Both the position numbers and the translations under genes were made by a program. A DNA stretch of 63,871 nucleotides, counting the filler, from Reclinomonas americana ATCC 50394 (taxonomy: Eukaryota), in assembly GCA_048213135.1 (NCBI GenBank). It is 8 parts of 3 records of this genome, joined end to end, with 100 filler letters (N's around TTAATTAATTAA, not from the genome) between each part and the next. Parts side by side here need not be neighbours in the genome. Positions count along the whole stretch, not along the records: positions 41,542 to 50,367 come from PS015357.1; positions 50,468 to 54,201 come from PS015357.1; 6 more parts are not named here. One strand, given 5' to 3'. Below are positions 43,601 to 54,301 of the stretch, one piece after another. How positions within the stretch are numbered: position 1 is the stretch's first letter; every line of letters begins with the position of its first letter. The notes under the pieces are model-generated. The model was not told where the DNA came from, made no database searches, and worked only from the letters and a program-made list of their open reading frames with translations.

Positions 43601-44947
43601 NNNNNNNNNNNNNNNNNNNNNNNNNNNNNNNNNNNNNNNNNNNNNNNNNNNNNNNNNNNNNNNNNNNNNNNNNNNNNNNNNNNNNNNNNNNNNNNNNNNN
43701 NNNNNNNNNNNNNNNNNNNNNNNNNNNNNNNNNNNNNNNNNNNNNNNNNNNNNNNNNNNNNNNNNNNNNNNNNNNNNNNNNNNNNNNNNNNNNNNNNNNN
43801 NNNNNNNNNNNNNNNNNNNNNNNNNNNNNNNNNNNNNNNNNNNNNNNNNNNNNNNNNNNNNNNNNNNNNNNNNNNNNNNNNNNNNNNNNNNNNNNNNNNN
43901 NNNNNNNNNNNNNNNNNNNNNNNNNNNNNNNNNNNNNNNNNNNNNNNNNNNNNNNNNNNNNNNNNNNNNNNNNNNNNNNNNNNNNNNNNNNNNNNNNNNN
44001 NNNNNNNNNNNNNNNNNNNNNNNNNNNNNNNNNNNNNNNNNNNNNNNNNNNNNNNNNNNNNNNNNNNNNNNNNNNNNNNNNNNNNNNNNNNNNNNNNNNN
44101 NNNNNNNNNNNNNNNNNNNNNNNNNNNNNNNNNNNNNNNNNNNNNNNNNNNNNNNNNNNNNNNNNNNNNNNNNNNNNNNNNNNNNNNNNNNNNNNNNNNN
44201 NNNNNNNNTGCGTGTACGCCTCGGCCATGACGAGGTGCAAGTAGGCCGCATTCAGCGTCTCCGCACCGTGCTTACCACGCACCAGCGACAAGCACCGACT
44301 GGCCTCATCCACCGCCTCCGCATACTTGTGATCATGCAGCAAATCGACCGCGCGCTTCTTCAGCCGCGACTCCTCGCTGTGCACCTCGCCTCTGCCCAAC
44401 AGCTCCTCCTCCGCCTCACGATACACAATGCTATCCTTGGGCGTGGATTTCCTGCACACGAAAAGCGACGCCATCAGCCTTCGCCGTCGACTATACCATA
44501 TGAGCGAGAGAGAGACACACACAAAGAGCACCATTCATCCAGCAGCGACGAGCGGCTTCGTCGCGGCGACACTGGATTGACGCCCGAGTCGTGAAAGCGC
44601 ACGTGACTGCTCCCATACAGCTCATAGTCCCCATCGACCTGCTCCTCCTCGTCTCCCTCGCGCAGCAGTGACCGTCGCCGCGAATAGTGACGCGCACGCT
44701 GTGCCGGCGACCGCGCACGCACATAGTGCATCAACGACGCGTCCAACTCGTGCACGGAAAACGGAGGCGAGTCGGCCGGCTTGATGACATGCGCAGGCGA
44801 CGCCTGAGTGATTTCCGCATACGATGCGCCCGCCGATAGCATGCTCTTTAGCGGTGACACGCGTGAGGCCGACATCCATGCGCGTTCGTCCACGTGCAGG
44901 CCCGACGCGGCAGGCACAGTGCCCGCAGAGGCGACGGGCATGGACAT
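40669..44947 (-). CDS. Tetratricopeptide-repeat protein (kinesin-light-chain-type long TPRs); multi-exon, gapped, probably continues across the 41486 linker
   Basis: HPDLATCYNNMGTVYKHMRMYDEALEMQRKAL, HPSLGTIYNNIGNVLRQQGRLGEALEMYEKA, FGEDSVQSAAALNNLG; C-terminal exons 41441-40669 on the same strand. Confidence 0.8.
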
Positions 44948-45890
44948 GGAGAGAGGGGTGGCGCGAGTGGCGGCGGGCGTGGGTGTGGGCGAGAAGCGCA
45001 CAGAGCGTGTGCGNNNNNNNNNNNNNNNNNNNNNNNNNNNNNNNNNNNNNNNNNNNNNNNNNNNNNNNNNNNNNNNNNNNNNNNNNNNNNNNNNNNNNNN
45101 NNNNNNNNNNNNNNNNNNNNNNNNNNNNNNNNNNNNNNNNNNNNNNNNNNNNNNNNNNNNNNNNNNNNNNNNNNNNNNNNNNNNNNNNNNNNNNNNNNNN
45201 NNNNNNNNNNNNNNNNNNNNNNNNNNNNNNNNNNNNNNNNNNNNNNNNNNNNNNNNNNNNNNNNNNNNNNNNNNNNNNNNNNNNNNNNNNNNNNNNNNNN
45301 NNNNNNNNNNNNNNNNNNNNNNNNNNNNNNNNNNNNNNNNNNNNNNNNNNNNNNNNNNNNNNNNNNNNNNNNNNNNNNNNNNNNNNNNNNNNNNNNNNNN
45401 NNNNNNNNNNNNNNNNNNNNNNNNNNNNNNNNNNNNNNNNNNNNNNNNNNNNNNNNNNNNNNNNNNNNNNNNNNNNNNNNNNNNNNNNNTGAGGAGGAGG
45501 AGAAGGAGGAGGAGGAGGGCGTTGCGGGCGTGCGGTGGTAGAGTGGGAGCGAGGCGGATGAGCCGCTGCGTGACTGTGTGGAGGAGAGTGAGTGAGTGAG
45601 AGTGGGAGTGCAGGCTCTGCGTGTGTGTGTGTGTGCGCGCGCGCAACATGCAGGAGAGTGGGCCCGTCGGATTTGGGCGCGAGGCTCCACCCGCTGCCGC
45701 CGCCTTCGCTCATTGGACACAAATAACAAGCACGAAATGCACGCGCCCGCAATCGATGCTGAATGAATTTTTGATGCATTTGTCGTGCAATCGGGGACAG
45801 CGACAAGGCGAAGAGATGAAGGAAACGAGAGACGCGAGAGAGGCGCGCTCTGTTTTGGTTGTTGGTGTTGTTGTTGGTCGACCGTGAGGG

Positions 45891-48800
45891 TTATTGTGCG
45901 CGGTTGTATGCATCCATCTCGGCATCGAGCGCCTCCGATGTGACAAAGCCGAACAGCGGACCGCCGAGACGACTGCGGTGAGTGAGGGGTGGTGAGTCAT
46001 GAGTGAAAGGGAGGGAAGGAGGAAGGGAGGTGAGTGGGTGGGTGACTCACGCTGCAGCTCCTCCGCGGCTGTGTGGAAGCATTCATTGTGTGAGAGTGAG
46101 CAAAGACATTTCGCGCAGTTGAAAGAAATAACAGTGCTCACCCGCCACCACGAGAACCTCCACGAGAGCCTCCACGCGAGCCTCCCCGCGAGCCGCGAGC
46201 ATCGCCCGCAGCAGCACCGCCGTGCTTCTTCAGCTTGACCACCACTCGATCGCGTGAGCCTGCGCAAATAAATGAAAACCACAGCGAGGTGGGTGGGCAT
46301 GCGACGAGCATCACGCCAGGGGTCGACTGCCATTGCGCGCACCAGCTCCATTCCTGCGGCCACCGGCCTCCTCCTCCTCGTCGTCGTCGTCGCCACCGAC
46401 CAGTGTCACAGTCACCTCCTTGTCATTGATTTCGGCGTGGTTGAGCTCGTTGGCGGCGGCCGCTGCGGCCTTGCCCGTCATGAACTCGGCGGTGGCGTGG
46501 CCAGTGGAGCGGCCTGCGCGGTGGAAGAGATATAAGGGGAAAGGGAAAAGGAGGGAGGGAAAGGGAGGGAGGGAGGGAGGGAGGAAAGGGAGGGAGACAG
46601 GAAAAGGGGGGAGAGTGAGAGAGGGAAAGGGGGAGAGCGAGTGAGAGAGAGAGGGAGGGAGGGAGGAAGAAAAAGGGCACTTGCTCGAAACGCTCACCTT
46701 GACGATCGTATGAAATAGTCACTGCCTTGACGCGGCCGTACGGGGCCAGCACCTCCTCCAACTCCGCCTCAGTGATGTCAAAGTCCAAATTCTCAATGGC
46801 GATGACAGTCGAGGCCGGCGCTGCCGCCGCACCGCGATTCACACGCACCACCGGCGCACCGCCAGCACGCCTGCGCATCAGGAAAAAAGAATGCATCGTT
46901 CAGACACCATCTCGACAGCCACAAGACGACGACATTTGAGGGGCGCAACTTGGCAGGTGGGCCCTCGTACAAATCGTGCTTCCACTTGCCATCGACGTTG
47001 CCACGCGGCTGAGGGNNNNNNNNNNNNNNNNNNNNNNNNNNNNNNNNNNNNNNNNNNNNNNNNNNNNNNNNNNNNNNNNNNNNNNNNNNNNNNNNNNNNN
47101 NNNNNNNNNNNNNNNNNNNNNNNNNNNNNNNNNNNNNNNNNNNNNNNNNNNNNNNNNNNNNNNNNNNNNNNNNNNNNNNNNNNNNNNNNNNNNNNNNNNN
47201 NNNNNNNNNNNNNNNNNNNNNNNNNNNNNNNNNNNNNNNNNNNNNNNNNNNNNNNNNNNNNNNNNNNNNNNNNNNNNNNNNNNNNNNNNNNNNNNNNNNN
47301 NNNNNNNNNNNNNNNNNNNNNNNNNNNNAGAAGAGTGAGCGGAAATGGGAAAGGAGCGATCGTTCTTCGGGAGAGGATGAGGAAAGGAAGTAAGGGGAAA
47401 AGAGCCGAGTCATCCAGGCAGGCGAGTGAGAAGCACAACAAGATGTACGGTGACACGACGCGGCACAACATGAAGAGAGCATCTTGGAGAAGCACGCGAG
47501 AACCGAGCCGCTCGGGAAAGCAATGAGAAGCGCAATCGGGCAATGAAACGACACGGCATTACATCTAGAGTGAGCTATTCGAAGAGACAACAAGAACCGA
47601 GACACCCAGGCACGCTAACGAGAAGCACAACAAGATGTACGGTGACAAGACGCGGCAACACACGAAGAGTGAGCGATTCAAAGAGAGAATATAAGCCGAG
47701 CAATTCAGTCAGCGAATGAGAACAACAACAGGATGCACGGTGACTCGACATGGCACAACAAGAAGAGAGCATCTTGGAGAAGCACGCGAGAACCGAGCTG
47801 CTCAGGAAGGCAAACGAACACCACAACAGGATGCGCAGTGAAACGACACGACATTACACGAAGAGTGAGACTCGAAGCAGCAACAACAACCGAGCCGCTC
47901 AGTCAGCGAATGAGAAACACAACAGGAAGTGTAATGAAACAAGGTGGCATTACACGAAGAGAGCGACTCGACGAGGGAACAAGTCACTCAGTCAGCGAAT
48001 GAGAAGCACAACAGGATACACGGTGACAAGACGCGCAACACACGAAGCGTGAGCGACTCGACGAGGGAACAATAACCGAGCCACTCAGGCAGCCGAATGA
48101 GGATGCATGGCGACACAACCGTGTTGCAATGTAAACATCAACACGACGTGACACAAATGAAGAACACCACTCGCAGCGAAGCATCCCAACAAGTCACGAC
48201 ACCAAAGAACAACGATCGCAGTGCAACACAACAAGGCGTGCACAACAACGAAAAGACATGGTCCATGAGCTGTGAGGCCCACCACACCCACTCGTGCCTC
48301 CACACAAGAGACACGAACAGCATTCTCCTCCCTGTGCTTCTCACCGGTCGTGGCGGTGGCGGACTGTACTGCTCCTGCTCCCGCATCGACGCTTTCCGAA
48401 TGGTCGTGGTGCGCTGTGCACGCCCACCACGCTGCTCAGAGGGCGATGATGCAGCACGCGGTGTCCTCTTCGCACGATCGCCACCATCGCGATTGCCGCC
48501 TGCGTGTGATGCAGACGAACCACCTGCTCTCCCACTACGCAATGCACGCACACAATGCATGCACAACAAAATTGAGAAATCACTCGTGCGGCAATGCAGA
48601 CACACAAAGAGAGAGACACGCGCTCTCTTATGCACAGAGAGACAGAGAGAGAGAGAGGGCGCACGTGCGTGAGTGAGATGTCCAGACTACTCACCCGCGA
48701 CCAAGACGGCTTCCACCTCGACCGCCACCGCGACTGCTGCCACCACTGCCTCCACCGCGCTTCTCGCCACTGCCGCGCTTCACCAGCTCTGCATGCGCGT

Positions 48801-48949
48801 GTGTGTGCGTGTGAGAGAGTGAGTGGAAATGGGCATGGCCACAAAGCAAACGAGAGGTGCGCAGAGAGAGAGAGTGCGTGTGTGTGGATGCATGCAGCGT
48901 GCAGCGAAGGAGTTGACTGACCATCGAGAGGCACGTCCAACTTGTCCAT
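45891..48949 (-). CDS. ALYREF/THOC4/Yra1-like mRNA export adaptor (RRM); multi-exon
   Basis: N-terminal MDKLDVPLDE, RGG tracts, GKWKHDLY motif, RRM IAIENLDFDITEAELEEVL...ISYDRQ/GRSTGHATAEF, C-terminal TSEALDAEMDAY. Confidence 0.88.
47400..48110 (+). repeat. Degenerate ~95 bp tandem array (7-8 units) in an intron of the ALYREF-like gene
   Basis: gagaa(g)cacaaca-type anchors at ~47428, 47525, 47620, 47717, 47815, 47912, 48001; gagcatcttggagaagcacgcgagaaccgagc exact at ~47477 and ~47767. Confidence 0.85.
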
Positions 48950-49666
48950 GACTGTGTGTGGTAAATGAGAAGTGATCGAAATGGCGGGAATCGAGGGGGG
49001 GGACATGCAATATGCGTTATCGAAGTGCCCGGCAGCACATCGTTCAGCGAAGAGCGCCTACATGACGGTCTGCTAATCATGAGGAGATACTGTGAAACGA
49101 AACATTTTGGCTTCGCAGCAAGAGCGAATACAATTGCAAACTTCAGAACCCCGACGCTGCACAAGTGGTTTCTCTGTCGGTGTTTGTATATGGTTGAACT
49201 TGGCCGTCAAGGCAGCTGTTGCTACTCGACGTGCTCCCTTGCACTGAGTATGGCCACGTGCTTCTCTGTTTTTTATTCAATTGCAATACCGGGAGGGGGC
49301 ACAGAGGGATACCACGACGNNNNNNNNNNNNNNNNNNNNNNNNNNNNNNNNNNNNNNNNNNNNNNNNNNNNNNNNNNNNNNNNNNNNNNNNNNNNNNNNN
49401 NNNNNNNNNNNNNNNNNNNNNNNNNNNNNNNNNNNNNNNNNNNNNNNNNNNNNNNNNNNNNNNNNNNNNNNNNNNNNNNNNNNNNNNNNNNNNNNNNNNN
49501 NNNNNNNNNNNNNNNNNNNNNNNNNNNNNNNNNNNNNNNNNNNNNNNNNNNNNNNNNNNNNNNNNNNNNNNNNNNNNNNNNNNNNNNNNNNNNNNNNNNN
49601 NNNNNNNNNNNNNNNNNNNNNNNNNNNNNNNNNNNNNNNNNNNNNNNNNNNNNNNNNNNNNNNNNN

Positions 49667-50651
49667 TGTGCCATTGACACATGTCACGTGCTGTGGCGCA
49701 AGAGAGAGAGAGAAGGAGAGAGAAGGAGAAGGCAGGTGAGTTTGGCGTGCCCTTCAACAGGATTGCATCGCGGCGCCAGTGTACCTTCGGATTCACGTCG
49801 TATGGAATGAGACTGCACGACAGCATCAAGTGTTTAGTGGCAACAACAGGAGACGATAGGCGAAGACTGGCAACGAGTGGCGGGACGCACCACAACTCGT
49901 ACGTGTTCTGGATCAGCCGATTCAGTCCAGACACCATGTACTGCATGCGATTATCCATGTCTCCCAGGTAGATGTTGTAGTTCTTCAAGTCTGCAGACAG
50001 GAAGACGCGCGGAGGGGTGAGCGGAGGGACACATGACCGTGAAATCACGAGACGAAGATTACAATGGCGAATACAGCGCACGCACGCATTCACACACACG
50101 TGTTTGGCAAGGGGAGACAACGTGCACAAAGAAACACACACGCGCAGGGAGAGACAGCGTGCACAGAGGGAAAAATGCACGGAACAAGGAAAGCACAACT
50201 CCTCTCCACTCCGCACACACAAGCACACATCGCGACGCACTCTCGCGCATGCCCTGCTCAGCTCAAACTCACACAACTCACACACACGCGCACTCACACA
50301 GCTCACACACAAGCACAAGACACACACCGAACACGACACATCATGACTCGCAGCGCACGAATCAACANNNNNNNNNNNNNNNNNNNNNNNNNNNNNNNNN
50401 NNNNNNNNNNNTTAATTAATTAANNNNNNNNNNNNNNNNNNNNNNNNNNNNNNNNNNNNNNNNNNNNACTCAATCACTCTATGAATCACACAAACACACT
50501 TGCACACACACAGTCGACTCACACTTGGAGCTGGCAAAGAGCGCGAGGAAGAGCAGTGTGTTAAGAATGACCAGCATCACCACACACGTGATCAGCAAGC
50601 CCACTGCACGCAATGAGAGACACACACACACGGAATCAGCGCACATTCGCA

Positions 50652-50682
<31 letters not shown>

Positions 50683-50902
50683 CCAAGCAGCCGAGTCTCC
50701 TCTTGACTGGATCCTTTGGTCGCTTGCCCAGCAACACGTCGGTCTCATAGTAGGAGGAGGGTGAGTGTGAGATGCGCGGAGGTGCGCCTCCTCCGTTGAC
50801 AGAGGTGGCGGCGACAGGTGGAGGCACGCCACTGCCGCCGTTGAGCGCGCCACTGCTGGCGTTGCGAATGTGGAAGCGCGTCACTGGCGCGTCGTCGCTC
50901 AT
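49667..50902 (-). CDS. Hypothetical type II single-pass membrane protein; fragmented, 3' end unresolved
   Basis: MSDDAPVTRF...KRRLGCL exon, then hydrophobic GLLITCVVMLVILNTLLFLALFASS (50600-50525), then DLKNYNIYLGDMDNRMQYMVSGLNRL (49990-49895); the link across the 50412 linker is assumed. Confidence 0.45.
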
Positions 50903-52263
50903 GGTGGGAGTGAATGATGGGACGCACGCAATGGAGCGACGGATTTGGATTGATGAGTGTTTCATGCAAGAATGAGGCAGCATGGAATTCTCAGGTGGAA
51001 CAATTACCATCAAGGCATGTACGCGGGGGATCAGAAGTCTTGAAGGCTTTTTCATTTGCCACTGACCCTGTATCTCACGAAACTGCGCGCGATCGCGATA
51101 TCGATATCGAAATATATCGGGCAAAAGCCAGCATCAACGACGATCAAAACCTTACCAATCCAAACATCGATGCAGGTGCACGATAATCACCATCGTGAGC
51201 GAGCACCAGAAACAGAAATATCTGTGGAAAACTGAAACTTCGCGATCGGCAACTGGCGTTCTTGAGGGAGAAAGCACGGCTGCAGATATCGATTGACGCA
51301 GCAACACGTCGGCTGCTGCACGGGAAGAGAAAGACAGAGTTTGCTATACTGTTGAACTTGGTCATCAAGACAGCTGTTGCTTGTTTGTTGGTGAATGAAT
51401 TGTTGTTGTTGTTCCCTGCAGGTCTCGGTGAATATCCGCCTCGGTTGAAGGCAGCAAAGAATCGTAGACGAATTGCGAGGACAGCTGCAGGGTCAAAATG
51501 CACAGTGCCGGCCTTTGCAGCAGTTCTCGGCAGTGCTCAACACAAGCAGAATGCGGTAACAGACGTGCACAAGCTCGTCGGATCCGGACCTGCTTTCCTG
51601 ACATGCCCCGATCTAGATTTTGCGGAACTTGGAAGGTGGCACGATAGTCACGACATCTGACATGTTGTCTGTCTTGTCTGCCTTGCAGTTGTCGCAGATG
51701 CCTGCTTTTTGACGACTTGCGCTGGCGTCCGGCGTGAATTAATTCGAACACACTGGCGATCAATTTTATTTTTTCCGATTTCGTGGTGAGCCAAGGCAAG
51801 GTGGGTGGCTACAGCCCTGATCATCTTGACACATCATCTCTCCCTCCCTTCCTCTTCTCTCTCTCTCTCTCTCTCTCTCCGTGTCTGCGTGTCTGCCTCT
51901 CTCCGTCGCATCTTTGCATCGCATCCAGACAATGCATGTGTGCATTCACTCCCTCTCTTCTCGCTCTCACTCTCATCGATCTCATCGCATATTCTCACTG
52001 CATTACCTATTCGCGACGAGCATACTCCTCTGACACGATCCTGCAGTGGGTCGCATTTCTGTCATCTGCCTCTCCCCATCTCTCTCCCTCCTTCTCTCTC
52101 CCTCCTTCTCTCTCCCTCCTTCTCCTTCTCTTTCTCCTTCTCCTCTCTATTTCTCGTTCTCCCTCTCCCTATCCCTCCCTCCCTCTCCTTCTCCCTGCAC
52201 TCGAACATTTGCATGCAGACCCACGTGTTGTCACGACCGAAAATAACCCTCCCTCCTTTCAGG

Positions 52264-54201
52264 ATGCTTCCCTCGTCGTCCCTGTTCGCCTGCAACGGCG
52301 ACCCGCAACGCTTGCCACAACCCCTGCAATCGTGCCCCGGCGACGATGCATGCATACTGGAGGAGCAAAAACTGCTGGCCGCCGCCATCTCCACCCAGTT
52401 GCCTCACACCAATCCGGCGTACAGCGCCTCACTGGCCGCAGTCTCCGCCATGCCCGTGCTGGTGCATCCGGCGGTGCTGGCGCGCATGGCCGAGGTGCAC
52501 GATGCGGTGGTGGCCGGTGTGAGTGCCGCCGTACAGCAGTGGTATTCGACGCCGCACATGCTGCCGCTGAGTGAGCGAGCCGTGCGAGTGATGGAGGCGC
52601 ACCGCGGTGTGCCGTACCTCGCACCGGGTACGCTGCGACCGGACTTGTTGCAATGCCGCCGCACGGGCCAGCTGCTGGTGTGCGAGATCAATGCGCGCTT
52701 CCCGCTGAACGCCTTTGTGGTGTCGGCGGTGGCCGCCCAGCACTTGCATCGACGGTCGCTCACCAGTGGCTCCGTGCTGGCGCGCATGGGAGTCACTGCG
52801 TGTGGTGCTACGCTGGCGCTATTGGACGCATTGCGAGCGCGCTTTGACGCCTCACAGCCGGTGTTTGTGTTGCATGAACGAGAAACGCCGCACGATGTGG
52901 GACTGATGGAGCACGTGCTGCGTGGCATGCGGGTGGTACACTGCCCTCCGTCGGCGCTGACGGCCGGCCGCGGTGGCGATGACTCGTCACTGTGGTGCAC
53001 GGCGACTAACGAACCGGTGACGCAGGCCATTGTGGAGTTGACGCAGGGTGAAATTCTGGCGCTCGACGACGCCACCCTCGACGCCTTGGCGCAACTGTCG
53101 GCCGCCGGTCGAACGCTGAACGACCTGCGCACGATTTTCGTGGCCCACGACAAGCGTCTCCTGGCCGTACTTCGCAATGCGAGGCACTGGCTGCCGTCGC
53201 TGGACGCCACCGNNNNNNNNNNNNNNNNNNNNNNNNNNNNNNNNNNNNNNNNNNNNNNNNNNNNNNNNNNNNNNNNNNNNNNNNNNNNNNNNNNNNNNNN
53301 NNNNNNNNNNNNNNNNNNNNNNNNNNNNNNNNNNNNNNNNNNNNNNNNNNNNNNNNNNNNNNNNNNNNNNNNNNNNNNNNNNNNNNNNNNNNNNNNNNNN
53401 NNNNNNNNNNNNNNNNNNNNNNNNNNNNNNNNNNNNNNNNNNNNNNNNNNNNNNNNNNNNNNNNNNNNNNNNNNNNNNNNNNNNNNNNNNNNNNNNNNNN
53501 NNNNNNNNNNNNNNNNNNNNNNNNNNNNNNNNNNNNNNNNNNNNNNNNNNNNNNNNNNNNNNNNNNNNNNNNNNNNNNNNNNNNNNNNNNNNNNNNNNNN
53601 NNNNNNNNNNNNNNNNNNNNNNNNNNNNNNNNNNNNNNNNNNNNNNNNNNNNNNNNNNNNNNNNNNNNNNNNNNNNNNNNNNNNNNNNNNNNNNNNNNNN
53701 NNNNNNNNNNNNNNNNNNNNNNNNNNNCCGCACGCACTGCAGCGCCGTCCACCGTGGCCATCGACGACGCAAACAGGCGAGCGGTTGCGGGTACACCGGC
53801 CATCGGCATCACGGGGAAGAGAGGCAAGCCGTCGCGACTCAGTGCCACCAGCTCACCGGGCGACGCACGAAACACGCCAGGGCCGTAAAACACGCCATCC
53901 AACGACAGCAGGGTGCTCACCAGGTGCAGGCCGTCGCGGCGAGAGCCGTCGGCATGCGTCACCGACACGCGCTGCTGCTCAATGTACGGCTGCACCACTG
54001 CACTGTCGGTGACGGCCGCCTCACGCACCGCCTCCTCAAACTCGCCATCCGACGCACACTCGTGCTGCATGCAAATCCCGACGCCCTTGCCGAGGGAGCA
54101 CGGCTTCAGCACAGCGGTGCCCGACAGCGCCGAGAACGTAGCTGGTGCGTAGTCACGCGCCGCAATGGTCGGCACCACGCACTCACGCAGCGCGGCCTGA
54201 G
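52264..54201 (+). CDS. Circularly permuted ATP-grasp amide ligase domain: 52264-53212(+) continued by inverted contig 54201-53728(-)
   Basis: LRPDLL...LLVCEINARFPLNAF, NDLRTIFVAHDKRLLAVL, VLKPCSLGKGVGI, VVQPYIEQ, GPGVFRAS; exact in-frame join acc g|ct cag gcc (LDAT-A-QAALRECVVPTI). Confidence 0.8.
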
Positions 54202-54301
54202 NNNNNNNNNNNNNNNNNNNNNNNNNNNNNNNNNNNNNNNNNNNNTTAATTAATTAANNNNNNNNNNNNNNNNNNNNNNNNNNNNNNNNNNNNNNNNNNN
54301 N

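Noticed and set aside
47400..48110. CRISPR-like array
   Set aside because: Whole units are homologous, there are no invariant repeats with unique spacers, no cas genes, and the location is a eukaryotic intron
51144..51799. ORFs of 119-144 aa upstream of the tri-domain gene as extra cluster genes
   Set aside because: No recognisable motifs and non-coding-like composition; cannot be supported
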